The position numbers and the translations under genes are program-made. 64,000 nucleotides of DNA from assembly GCA_963737905.1 (NCBI GenBank), contig CAVTUQ010000021.1, positions 1 through 64,000 on the forward strand, in the 5' to 3' direction. Under the pieces are notes generated by a model, which searched no databases, was not told the DNA's origin, and worked only from the letters and a program-made list of their open reading frames with translations. Shown in pieces: positions 39,831 through 49,608 of the stretch (its first letter is position 1; every line of letters starts with the position of its first letter). This stretch comes from an uncultured delta proteobacterium. GTDB taxonomy: Bacteria > Desulfobacterota > Binatia > UBA9968.

Positions 39831-42800
39831 ATGGAACGTGCTAACTCGGAATCACGGCTCTCACCGTATTTGATTGCGGTCCTGATCGCCGGCGCGATCC
39901 TCATGGCTGTAGTTGCGGTCGACCGCTTCGAGCAGCAGCGTTACGATAGAGTCCGCGAGGCTCGAATCCTTCGTAGTCTCAGCAATGCCCGCGCGCGGTT
40001 GGAAGCTGAACTCAATAAGCGCCTCTTTCTTACCCGTGGTCTTGTTGCCTATGTCTCAACCCATCCGAACATTAGCCTGGTCGAATTCCAGCTCCTCGCG
40101 AGAGCGCTCTTTTCGCAACCCGACACGGACGGCATCCGGAGCATCCAGCTGGCGAAGGACTCGGTCGTAAGCCACGTCTATCCCCTAAAGGGGAATGAGA
40201 AAGCCATAGGGCTAAAGCTACTCGAACATCCCGAGCAAAACGCGGCGGTGCAACGCACCCTTGATCGAAGGACGACTGTCGTTGCCGGCCCCGTCCAGCT
40301 CATACAAGGAGGCACGGCATTCATCAGCCGGACACCAATCTATTTGACAACTCCGGCGGGGCCGCCAAACAGTGGCGCTTACTGGGGATTGGCGACGATC
40401 CTCATCGATGCAGGCACTATTTTCTCTGAAGCAGGGCTTTCTCAAAACGCCAATGAGATGCGCTACGCCTTAAAAGGAAAAGATGGATCGGGAGCGCGCG
40501 GTCATGTATTTTTCGGCGATCCGCATCTCTTCGATTCACACCCGCTCGTTTTAGACATTCAAATCCCCGGCGGCTCGTGGCAATTGACAGCGGTGCCTTT
40601 GCCTAATGTTTTATCAGGATCATCCAACTTGTGGTTGCTGCGGACTGGCGGAGGTTTACTCGCCATTGCCGCTGGGGCGTTGGCCTTTTTCGCAACACTG
40701 TATAATCGCCGGCGAACCCAAGAGACGTTGCGTGAGACCTCCCGGCAGGCCGAGGCGAAATTTGAAGCTCTGGCGGAAAATGCTCAAGATGCGATCGTAT
40801 CGGCAGACAGCCGTGGCAACATCATCTACTTCAACAAAGCGGCTCAATGTTCCTTTGGATATGAGGCGAACGAGGTGCTGGGCAAACCGTTAACGTTGCT
40901 GATGCCCAAACGATCGGGTGACCCACACCTTCAGGGAATGACCCCGTTTATCGCCGGCGAGGAACCGTACAGCGTCGGGAAAATGATGGAGGCAATTGGC
41001 AAGAAAAAAAACGGGCTCGAATTCCCGGTGGAACTTTCACTTGGAAGTTGGACGACTCAGGGAGAGAAGTTCGTTACGGCGATATTCCGGGACGTCACAG
41101 ACCAAAAGCAGATCGTTGAGGCAATGACCGCACAGCGTACATTCTTGAGGCAAGTGATTGACATCGAACCAGACTTTATTTTTGCCAAAGATCGACAGGG
41201 TCGCTTCACTCTAGTCAATCAGGCGGTAGCCGACGCCTTCGGCACAACCGTTCAGCAGTTGATTGGAAAAACCGATGCGGATCTTAATCCCAATGCACAA
41301 GAAGTCGAATTTTTTCGACAGGTGGATTTGCAGGTGATGGATACTCTACAAGAACGATTCATACCCGAAGAACGCATTACCGATGCTCAGGGAAAGATCC
41401 GCTGGCTGCAAACGGTCAAGCGGCCCATCATCGGCGAAGACGGCAGGGCGACACTCATACTCGGGTCGTCCACGGATATTACCCATCGAAAGCTGGTAGA
41501 GGAACATATACTCGATAACCAGAAGCAGTATGCCATGGCAACGGCCGCAGGCGGTGTGAGTGTCTGGGCCCTCGATGCAGAAACCGGCGATCTCCGCACC
41601 GATCCCGTGCTCTCGGCGCAGCTGAGAATAGAAGTCGCCGAGAGTTACCCGCGCGATTTTTGGTTAAAATACATCCATCCCGAGGATCTGGAGCGGTTGC
41701 TGAAAAACGAGCAACGCATGCTCGATGCGTCCACGCCAAGAGACGAAGAAGGCAACACCATCATGCCTGAAATCGAGTTCCGCGGTCTTCGCAGCGATGG
41801 CAGCGTAATATGGTTTTTCGGGCGCGGCACGCTAATCAGGGATAAGGATGGGAAGCCCCTCCGGGCGATTGGCACGTGCACCGATATCACGGCGCGCAAA
41901 CAGGCCGAAGCAGCGTTGCACGAAAGCGAAGAGCGCCTTGCCCGGACCGAGACATTCTCCCTGGTGATGGCGACCCATGTCGATTTGGAAGGACGTTGGC
42001 GAAAGGTCCCGCCCACATTGTGTCAGCTTCTGTTCTACACGGAAGAAGAATTGCTGGGGCACCGATTTCACGAGGTAACCCACCCTGATGACATCGAGGC
42101 CGATTGGAGCCAATGCTTGCGGCTGATACGCGGCGAAATCAAATCCTTTGACTTAGAGAAGCGCTACATCCGAAAGGATGGCGGCGTCGTCTGGGTTTAC
42201 ATCAACTGCTCGGTGGTCGCGGACGCGCAAGATAAGCCGGTGCATTTCCTCACCTATATCCGTGACATAACCAACCGAAAGCTCAATGAGAAAAAACTCC
42301 GCGAATATCAAGAATCGCTTCGCCAACTAGCCTACGATCTCAACACCACCGAAGAAAGAGAACGGAAAAGATTTGCCGCCGATCTCCACGATCACATCGG
42401 CCAGTCGTTAGTGCTGGCCAAGTTGGAGTTGGGACGACTCGGGGAACTGACCAATCCCCTCGACGAAAACGTGAGCTCGAGTATCGAACGGCTGGATGAC
42501 ACCATCGACCAGGCGATCCACGAAACTCGGTTGTTGACTCAAGATTTGAGTCCCCAGGTTCTTTACACGTTTGGCTTCGACGCCGCGTTAGAGTGGCTCG
42601 CCGAAAACATGCAGGAGCGCTATGACCTCGTGTGTCACATAGAGGGCGGAAAACAACCCAGCCCACTAAGCGGCGACGCGGCCATCGTGGCTTTTCAGAC
42701 CGTACGGGAGCTTCTGATTAATATCGTCAAGCATGCGGGCGTCAAGGAAGCTCATCTGTACGTCACTCAAAGAGAAAATGTGGTTGCTATCCACGTGGAA

Positions 42801-43010
42801 GACCAGGGTAAAGGTTTTGTTCCGGAAGACTTGGACTTGCCGCGGTCGCACGGAGGCGGTTTCGGGTTGTTCAGTATTCGCGAGCGTCTCTCGTTGTTGG
42901 GAGGGCGCTTGGCAATCAATTCCAGTCCCGGCAGGGGGACCAGCGCCCAAGTTGTTATTCCTGTGTCTGTCACGGATTGTGCAGAAGGCGTGCGTGAACT
43001 AAATTCGTAA
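39831..43010 (+). CDS. Sensor histidine kinase: CHASE + four PAS + HisKA_3/HATPase
   Basis: VYPLKGNEKAIG, AGPVQLIQGG, YWG (CHASE); PAS motifs (HPED, HPDD, DIT.RK); ERKRFAADLHDHIGQ; GGFGLFSIRER. Confidence 0.92.
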   Translation: MERANSESRLSPYLIAVLIAGAILMAVVAVDRFEQQRYDRVREARILRSLSNARARLEAELNKRLFLTRGLVAYVSTHPNISLVEFQLLARALFSQPDTDGIRSIQLAKDSVVSHVYPLKGNEKAIGLKLLEHPEQNAAVQRTLDRRTTVVAGPVQLIQGGTAFISRTPIYLTTPAGPPNSGAYWGLATILIDAGTIFSEAGLSQNANEMRYALKGKDGSGARGHVFFGDPHLFDSHPLVLDIQIPGGSWQLTAVPLPNVLSGSSNLWLLRTGGGLLAIAAGALAFFATLYNRRRTQETLRETSRQAEAKFEALAENAQDAIVSADSRGNIIYFNKAAQCSFGYEANEVLGKPLTLLMPKRSGDPHLQGMTPFIAGEEPYSVGKMMEAIGKKKNGLEFPVELSLGSWTTQGEKFVTAIFRDVTDQKQIVEAMTAQRTFLRQVIDIEPDFIFAKDRQGRFTLVNQAVADAFGTTVQQLIGKTDADLNPNAQEVEFFRQVDLQVMDTLQERFIPEERITDAQGKIRWLQTVKRPIIGEDGRATLILGSSTDITHRKLVEEHILDNQKQYAMATAAGGVSVWALDAETGDLRTDPVLSAQLRIEVAESYPRDFWLKYIHPEDLERLLKNEQRMLDASTPRDEEGNTIMPEIEFRGLRSDGSVIWFFGRGTLIRDKDGKPLRAIGTCTDITARKQAEAALHESEERLARTETFSLVMATHVDLEGRWRKVPPTLCQLLFYTEEELLGHRFHEVTHPDDIEADWSQCLRLIRGEIKSFDLEKRYIRKDGGVVWVYINCSVVADAQDKPVHFLTYIRDITNRKLNEKKLREYQESLRQLAYDLNTTEERERKRFAADLHDHIGQSLVLAKLELGRLGELTNPLDENVSSSIERLDDTIDQAIHETRLLTQDLSPQVLYTFGFDAALEWLAENMQERYDLVCHIEGGKQPSPLSGDAAIVAFQTVRELLINIVKHAGVKEAHLYVTQRENVVAIHVEDQGKGFVPEDLDLPRSHGGGFGLFSIRERLSLLGGRLAINSSPGRGTSAQVVIPVSVTDCAEGVRELNS

Positions 43011-43040
43011 CCCACAGATGCTCAGGGTTGGCCAAATATA

Positions 43041-43691
43041 ATGACGGTTAGAATCCTGATCGCCGACGATCACAAGATACTACGTGAAGGCCTGAGATCT
43101 CTCCTCGAGAAGCAATCCACGTTCGCGGTTGTTGCGGAAGCGGAAGACGGATTGACCGCGTTCGAGGGCGTGAAAAAGCACAAGCCGGATATTGCGATTC
43201 TGGATATCGGGATGCCGGGCCTCAACGGGATCGAGGTGACTAGGAAAATCCGCTCCGAGACGACGGAGACAAGAGTGATTGCGTTGTCGATGCACGCCGA
43301 TCGCCGCTTCGTGATGGGTGTCTTGGAAGCGGGAGCCAACGGTTACTTGCTTAAAGATTCTGCGTTTGCGGAGTTAGTCACCGCCGTTATGGCGGTCGCT
43401 AAGGGGAAAATGTACTTAAGCCCCTCGATTGCCGAGACCGTCATCAAAAGCTCTCTTGAAAAGCTAGACCGCGGAAAACAAGCCTCGAGCGTGCTGTTGA
43501 GCGGCCGAGAGCGCGAGGTTCTCCAAATGATCGCGGAGGGAAAATCGACCAAGGAGATCTCGTTCAAGCTGTTTGTGAGTACCAAGACGGTGGAAACCCA
43601 TCGCAAACAGATCATGGACAAGCTTAACATCCACACGGTTGCCGGTCTTACGAAATACGCGATACGAGAAGGCTTAACCTCGTTGGGTTAG
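43041..43691 (+). CDS. NarL/FixJ-family response regulator (REC + LuxR HTH)
   Basis: IADDH, LDIGMPG, GYLLK, LSGREREVL..KTVETHR. Confidence 0.95.
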   Translation: MTVRILIADDHKILREGLRSLLEKQSTFAVVAEAEDGLTAFEGVKKHKPDIAILDIGMPGLNGIEVTRKIRSETTETRVIALSMHADRRFVMGVLEAGANGYLLKDSAFAELVTAVMAVAKGKMYLSPSIAETVIKSSLEKLDRGKQASSVLLSGREREVLQMIAEGKSTKEISFKLFVSTKTVETHRKQIMDKLNIHTVAGLTKYAIREGLTSLG

Positions 43692-43857
43692 CAGCGAAAA
43701 ACAGAGCCGTTCGCCGGAGCGGCCGTCATACCGAGAGAATGCGATGGATCTAAGAGTTTAGCCTGAGCTGGCCGAAGGGATCGAAATGACAAGCGCCATT
43801 TTGCGCCTTGGTGTCTTGGCCGGAAGAACTTTGAAGTTGTTCTGTTGACAATTTTTG

Positions 43858-44418
43858 CTAGTTTCTACTTCTCTTTGCTGGCAGAGCTAGAGTCCGATCA
43901 ATGGCGTCCAGCAACTTTTCAATCGGTGGCCGATCCGCGGGGTTTTGACTGCGATGGGCGAACAGGATGTTCCCTTTGCGATCGATTAAGAAGTTGCCCC
44001 CCGCCTGATAGTAGTCATCTTTGCCGTAGTTTTCCAGTTTCTTCCCTTCCCACAAGAGCCTGAGGTAGAGCTTCAAAGTCGCGTGCGAGAAAACCCGGAA
44101 CAAAGACAAGCGCTTCAATGCAAAAGCTCGATAGGCGACCCGCGTCGGATCAGCGAGTATGACAAACGGCCAATGATGATGTTCTTGATAAGGCGCCAAC
44201 CTCTCCGGCGCGGCAAACGAGACGACAATGATCGCCACCCCGCGCCGATCGAATTCATTTTTGATTGATTTCACCTCGCCGAGGTGATGTTGGCACGGGA
44301 GTCAGGCAAGGTGCCTCAGAAAAATTACGAGTGAATATTCTTGAAAATAATCTTGGAGGTTAACCGGACGCCCGTGAAGGTCCTTTAGACCTAACTGATC
44401 GAGCGCCACCTTCTCCAT
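43858..44418 (-). CDS. AhpC/TSA (peroxiredoxin-like) selenoprotein, UxxC; in-frame TGA at 44302-44304
   Basis: ATG 44418 reads ..VIFLRHLA-U-LPCQHHL.. into ORF 43858-44274 (LADP...YRAF, QAGGNFLID, ADRP); hairpin 3' of the TGA. Confidence 0.85.
44271..44287 (-). promoter_or_regulatory. Candidate bacterial SECIS hairpin
   Basis: TCACCTC-GGC-GAGGTGA, starting 15 nt after the UGA, with a G-containing loop. Confidence 0.6.
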
Positions 44419-44485
44419 GGGAACCCTAATCCAATGGCCAACGCGAGTCGCGTTACGAAATTGGGTAGCACGATACGGGAGAGAG

Positions 44486-44520
44486 GAAAACGAAAGGGGC
44501 GCTCCGACCCGACGCCCCTT
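44486..44520 (-). terminator. Probable intrinsic terminator of the RRM gene
   Basis: AAGGGGCG...CGCCCCTT stem followed by TCGTTTT on the minus strand. Confidence 0.55.
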
Positions 44521-44544
44521 CTTGTTTAGAACCCGTGTCCTAAG

Positions 44545-44865
44545 TTACCAACGGTTACGTCCACCGCCGCCGCCCCTTCTTTCACCGCCTCGGTCGCCGC
44601 CGAATCCGGACCGCTTCTCTTGCGGCCTCGCTTCGTTAACCGTGAGGCTGCGGCCGTCAAGATCGGTCCCGTTCAATGCCTGGATCGCTCTTTGGGCTTC
44701 CTCATTGGAGCTCATTTCCACAAAACCAAACCCGCGGGACCGGCCCGTGAACTTATCGGTGATCACCCGCGCCGATTCTACGGTTCCGTGTGCTGAAAAG
44801 ATTTCCTGCAACTGTGTGTCAGTGGTCGCATAGGGCAACCCACCTACGTATATTTTACTACCCAT
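44545..44865 (-). CDS. RRM RNA-binding protein with Gly/Arg-rich tail
   Basis: RNP2 IYVGGL, RNP1 RGFGFVEM, LTVNEARP. Confidence 0.95.
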   Translation of the reverse strand: MGSKIYVGGLPYATTDTQLQEIFSAHGTVESARVITDKFTGRSRGFGFVEMSSNEEAQRAIQALNGTDLDGRSLTVNEARPQEKRSGFGGDRGGERRGGGGGRNRW

Positions 44866-45056
44866 GTTCTTCTCCTTTTGGAAAATGTTGCTGTCTTTGA
44901 CCCTGTGAACCTACTCACCGCTGGAAGCAGAACATGAAATGTAACACACGCTCTGGTCGGATTGTTCGCGAGGAAACTCGCAAGGAAAGACTGACTAGAC
45001 CTTCAAACTTTTTCATATCTCCACTATCAGAAGGCCCCATACTGAAGTGTAGCCAT

Positions 45057-45085
45057 AGACTACAACGTCTCGCGCGCGCTTGCAA
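45057..45085 (-). promoter_or_regulatory. Candidate sigma70 promoter of the RRM gene
   Basis: TTGCAA-17 bp-TAGTCT on the minus strand. Confidence 0.45.
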
Positions 45086-45224
45086 GCCCAACCCACCCCG
45101 TTTCACGCCTTTTTACAGGCAATCTAACCCTTTATGGGAAAAACTGTTGCACATGCCACAACTTTTGTATTAAGTGATGCGCTGATGTATTCAATATAAA
45201 TAAATCCAAACCAAGGAGGGTGCT

Positions 45225-45986
45225 ATGTACCAGACAAACGATTATGAAGGTATGCAGGCGGAAACCGTCACCATGAAGGGACACAAGGGTGATACGATCA
45301 ACGCCTATTACGCGCGGCCGCTCGGGGAGGGCCCCCACCCGGGAATGGTGATTATCCATCACGCACCGGGATGGGATGAGTGGTACCGCGAATGCGCGCG
45401 GCGGTTCGCCCACCACGGATACGCCACGATTTCGCCAAACCTCTATTTCCGTGAAGGCCACGGAACCCCGGAAGACGTCGGTGCCAAGGTTCGCGCGGCC
45501 GGCGGCGTACCCGATGACCAGGTCTTGGGCGACCTCGACGGGGCTTTGAAGTTTCTTCGTTCCCAGCCCCACGTCGGCAAGAAGGTCGGCGTTTTCGGCA
45601 CATGCTCGGGAGGGCGTCATGGGTTTCTCGCGGCCTGCAAATTGAAAGGATTCGACGCGCTGGTCGAGTGTTGGGGCGGTGGGGTGGTCATGAAGCAAGA
45701 GGAGCTGACACCCAAGCGACCCGTCGCTCCGATTGATTACACCAAAGATCTTTCCTGCCCGATGATCGGCCTTTTCGGCAACGACGACAAATCGCCGTCG
45801 CCGGAACAGGTGAACCAGCACGAGGCGGAACTCAAGAAGCATGGCAAGAACTATGAGTTCCACCGTTATGACGGCGCGGGTCATGGCTTTTTCTATTATG
45901 ACCGCGGGGCCTATCGGCAGGAGCAAGCGGTGGACGGCTGGAAGAAAGTCCTCGGGTTCCTTGAGAAGAACCTGAAGTCCAACTAA
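45225..45986 (+). CDS. Dienelactone hydrolase family protein
   Basis: GTCSGG nucleophile, GNDD, YDGAGHGF; AAGGAGG RBS. Confidence 0.9.
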   Translation: MYQTNDYEGMQAETVTMKGHKGDTINAYYARPLGEGPHPGMVIIHHAPGWDEWYRECARRFAHHGYATISPNLYFREGHGTPEDVGAKVRAAGGVPDDQVLGDLDGALKFLRSQPHVGKKVGVFGTCSGGRHGFLAACKLKGFDALVECWGGGVVMKQEELTPKRPVAPIDYTKDLSCPMIGLFGNDDKSPSPEQVNQHEAELKKHGKNYEFHRYDGAGHGFFYYDRGAYRQEQAVDGWKKVLGFLEKNLKSN

Positions 45987-46007
45987 ACCAACGAAAGGAG
46001 CCCATCG

Positions 46008-46307
46008 ATGTGTACCATGATTGTGCATCAGGCGAAGATCGACGGCCGAGGCAAGGGAACCAGTGGTTGGTTTGAGGTCAAGGAAGCCAATGTTTCTTAC
46101 GATCACCCTTACGACATGCCGCTGGAGCACGCCTTGAATATCGACTTCGTCAACGAGGGCGCGGGTCCCGGCGCACGAGTCGCCGTCGAACTCAGTATCG
46201 AAGCGGCGCGTAATCTCATCAAAACCATCGAAGCCGTTTTGGCGCAGGCTGAGGAGCGCGGGGTTCTCGAAGATATTCCGCTGGCCGCCGCAGGAGCGTC
46301 CCGCTGA
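46008..46307 (+). CDS. Conserved small protein (DUF6295-like)
   Basis: MCT start, GKG..GWF, YDHP..LEHALNIDF, GARVAVEL; AAGGAG RBS. Confidence 0.7.
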   Translation: MCTMIVHQAKIDGRGKGTSGWFEVKEANVSYDHPYDMPLEHALNIDFVNEGAGPGARVAVELSIEAARNLIKTIEAVLAQAEERGVLEDIPLAAAGASR

Positions 46308-46318
46308 TCGATCCTACA

Positions 46319-46437
46319 GCCCCGTGGAATAGCGCTTCGGGTCGAACAACTTAGTGTCAATCGAGTCGGTATTCCACGGGGTGGAATAGCGCCACGCGCC
46401 AATAACTTGACTCGATCGGGTCGGTATTCCACGGGGC
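46319..46437. repeat. Two tandem palindromic units with GCCCCGTGGAATA / TATTCCACGGGGC ends
   Basis: GTGGAATAGCGC at 46324 and 46381; GTCGGTATTCCACGGGG at 46365 and 46420. Confidence 0.7.
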
Positions 46438-46517
46438 AAATCGGTTTGGCTAGAACTAATCCAAAAAGCCTCACGCTTTACCCCGATCCTTTATCCGAGC
46501 TTCGCTTGTCGAACTGA

Positions 46518-47775
46518 TTGAATAACCGCGCCGAAATAAACCAGAACGCGGCCGAGAGCCAAATTATTCGGCCGTGGTCGTCTCTGCTCATTCGCGATTT
46601 TAGACTGCTTTGGATGGCCAGCGTTTTGACCTCGTTGGCAATCCAGATCCGCAACGTCTCCAACCTCTACCAGGTGTACCAACTGTCAGGCTCGGCCTTT
46701 AAGTTGGGGCTCACCGGATTCCTGGAGGCTCTCCCTTTCATCATTTTCGGCCTGTTCGCTGGCGCGGTAGCGGATGCCTTCGACCGAAAGAAGGTGCTGG
46801 TGGCGACGATGATTGTCCAATTGGTGCCGAGTGTGGCCATGACCCTTCTCACTTACACCGATACAGTGCAGGTCTGGCACATCTATGCTCTCGGCTTTCT
46901 CGGAAGTTTTGTGGACGTCTTCAACTGGCCGGCGCGCTCTGCGCTCGTCCCACGCTTGGTCCCTCCAGGTCTTATGATGAACGCGGTCACCATCAATGCA
47001 ATGATCATACAGCTCAGTTTCCTTGTGGGACCTGCCGTCGGCGGCGTGCTTATCGATCACAGCGGCTTGGCGGTCACGTACGTCGTCAGCACCATCGCCC
47101 TGCTGCCCGCTATCATCGCCATAACAATGATACGAACCTCCGGCAAGCCGGAAGGTGCCAAGCGCCGGGTCAACCTCCGCAGCATGGTGGAAGGCGTAGA
47201 GTTCATCTGGATCCAGCGCATCATCCTGTCGCTCTTCCTCCTCGACTTCGGAGTGACATTGGTAGGGTTTTATCGACCCATCTTACCCATCTTTGCGGCG
47301 GATGTTTTCAACATGGGAGCTTCAGGATTGGGTTTGCTATACGCCGCCCCTTCCGCGGGTTCCCTCGTAGGCTCAGCCGCGCTCCTGATGGCTGGGGATA
47401 TCAAACGCAAAGGTATCGCGGTAGTGATGGCCGCTGTCGGTTTTGCGGTAAGTCTCGCTTTGTTGGGCGTTTCAAAGTGGTTCTGGATGGCGGTGGCGGC
47501 GGTGGTCCTCCTCGGTATTACCGATTCGGTCAGCGTTGCCATTCGCCGCACGGTGGTTCAACTTCTCTCACCGGACCGAATGCTCGGGCGAGCCTCCAGC
47601 CTTATCGTCGTCTTTGCCCAAACGACCAACGGGTTGGGCGCCCTCCTCGCCGGTGCGGCCTCGCAATTCATCGGCGCACCGAACTCACTGCTTGGTAGGC
47701 AGTAGTGTTTGCTTTTTGATGATTCTGGCGACCTGCGCCGCCATTCCTCAACTGTGGCGCTACAGGTCGGATTGA
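46518..47775 (+). CDS. MFS transporter (EntS/DHA3-like); frameshift near 47700
   Basis: RDFRLLW, GAVADAFDRKK, PARSALVP, MLGRASS; last TM in ORF 47536-47775. Confidence 0.85.
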
Positions 47776-47785
47776 CAAGAACGAG

Positions 47786-47870
47786 GGTTCCTTGTTCAAA
47801 GTTCCAGGTTCAAGGTTCAAAGTTCAAGTGCCCCGGTTAACTCGAAAGTCGGAACGCGGGACCCGAAACT
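47786..47870. repeat. 7-mer array (GTTCAAR) with degenerate inverted partner
   Basis: GTTCAAA GTTCCAG GTTCAAG GTTCAAA GTTCAAG. Confidence 0.6.
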
Positions 47871-47889
47871 GTGAAAGCGAAGTAACACA

Positions 47890-49500
47890 TTACTTCGCTT
47901 TCACCCTTCCCGCCTTTAACTTTTCGCCGGTTTCAAAGTGCCGCCCTTGAACCGCAAGCTCGGCCTCGTGATCCAGCTCTTCGTCCCATTGGCCAAGCGA
48001 GTAGCCGAACCAGGGCATCTGCGGTCTGAGCTTCGGCAAGCCCAGCTCTTCCCAGATGTTCTTCGCGTTCTCCATATATTCGCGCTTTGGCAGGGACACC
48101 GGTGGAAACGGCTCTTTGAGAATCGCATTGCACAGCATCGCCGACTCATCTGCAGGCAGATGATAGGAGACCACATCGGTCCCTTTCTCTTCATGATGAT
48201 AGAGAAACGGGGGCGCATGCCCTTTTTCCATGCCGCCGACGATGTGCACGTCCTTGTGCGGTTTCATGCGATAACACATGGCCCAGAAGACCGCCGCCTC
48301 ATTCGAGGGGTCAATGTCCTCATCCACCGCGACGACGATTTTCCCGACGCCCGGATGAAACGAGCAGGCGGCATGCAGCGCGCGCCAGACTTCGGCCTCG
48401 TTGGGACGCCGCATTTGAATGATAACTAATTTATAGGTGTTGGTGAGCGGCTCGTGCATCTCCACTCGCAATACGCTGGTGATGCGGCATTCATCGCGGA
48501 GGTGGACCAACATGAGACGGTCGTAGCCGATTTTACGAATAACCGATGATTCGCTGGGCGTGAGCTGGCTCAGCCACGACGTGTAGATGGCGTCTTTACG
48601 ATAGGTGATCGCGGTTACGTCCATGAACGGATTTAGCTGGCGCGGATGCATATAACCGTGGGATTCGCCGAAGGGTCCTTCGGGCTCGATATATTCCGTG
48701 TTGAGATAGCCTTCGATGACGATCTCTGCGTCGGCTGGCACCATGATATCCACGGTTTTGCACCTGACCATCGGAATAGGCCGATCCACCAATGCCCCTG
48801 CCACGCTCATCTCGTCGACACCATAGGCCACTTTTTGCACAGAGACGTAAGAAACTACGGGAGGGGCCCCGATGACCAATGCGGCGGGCAAATGCTGCCC
48901 TTTGGCCTGAGCCTTCTTCCAATGGAGATAGATGTCCTGCCCCAGGCCGGAAGGAAAGACACCGATGCGCCTGCGGGCTTTTATCTGGCCGCGGTAGTTG
49001 CCGATGTTATGGATGCCGGTCTCCGGGTCCCTGGTAAACCAATGAGAACAAGTCGTATAGGGACCGTTGTCAAAACCTGGCGTCGAAATGGGCACAGGGA
49101 ATCTATCGAGACCGCAACCTTCCTTATCCAGTTCATCGCCTGTGTATACGACGTCCTGGCACTTTGCGTGGTTCACAGCGACAGGCGCAAGGGGCTCGGA
49201 TAGCGCCTTCTTCCAACGCTCGTCCATCTCGTCGGCCGTTTTGCAACCCATGCCGAGAAAATAGATGGCAGGATTTCCCGCCAGCGCGCCGACCACCACC
49301 GGCATATCGTACTTCCGCCCCTTGGCATCGGTGACGTTTTCGAATAACCATGCTTTGCGCTCTTCTTCCGACAAGCCGCGGTATTGCCAGCGGACCAGCG
49401 GGTGCAGTTCGGTATCTTTGTTGATAAGTCTCGTGATGCGTCTCAAAAGCCCATGCTCTTCCAGATTTTTCAGATGCTGGTGCAAGTCCAAATAAGGCAT
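47890..49500 (-). CDS. UbiD-family (prFMN-dependent) decarboxylase
   Basis: NIGNYR, VPADAEIVIEG, EGPFGE, VAVDEDID motifs. Confidence 0.92.
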   Translation of the reverse strand: MPYLDLHQHLKNLEEHGLLRRITRLINKDTELHPLVRWQYRGLSEEERKAWLFENVTDAKGRKYDMPVVVGALAGNPAIYFLGMGCKTADEMDERWKKALSEPLAPVAVNHAKCQDVVYTGDELDKEGCGLDRFPVPISTPGFDNGPYTTCSHWFTRDPETGIHNIGNYRGQIKARRRIGVFPSGLGQDIYLHWKKAQAKGQHLPAALVIGAPPVVSYVSVQKVAYGVDEMSVAGALVDRPIPMVRCKTVDIMVPADAEIVIEGYLNTEYIEPEGPFGESHGYMHPRQLNPFMDVTAITYRKDAIYTSWLSQLTPSESSVIRKIGYDRLMLVHLRDECRITSVLRVEMHEPLTNTYKLVIIQMRRPNEAEVWRALHAACSFHPGVGKIVVAVDEDIDPSNEAAVFWAMCYRMKPHKDVHIVGGMEKGHAPPFLYHHEEKGTDVVSYHLPADESAMLCNAILKEPFPPVSLPKREYMENAKNIWEELGLPKLRPQMPWFGYSLGQWDEELDHEAELAVQGRHFETGEKLKAGRVKAK

Positions 49501-49608
49501 ACGTAATCTCTCCTCTGCGTCTAAAACAATTCCCGCAAAAATATCGGATCGAAACTAAGGCGTCAACGGGAAGCGACCCCCACCTCTTTCCTCCCCCGCG
49601 CGACGCGC

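Noticed and set aside
46319-46437. Mini CRISPR array
   Set aside because: Motifs alternate in orientation, there are only two units, and no cas genes are present
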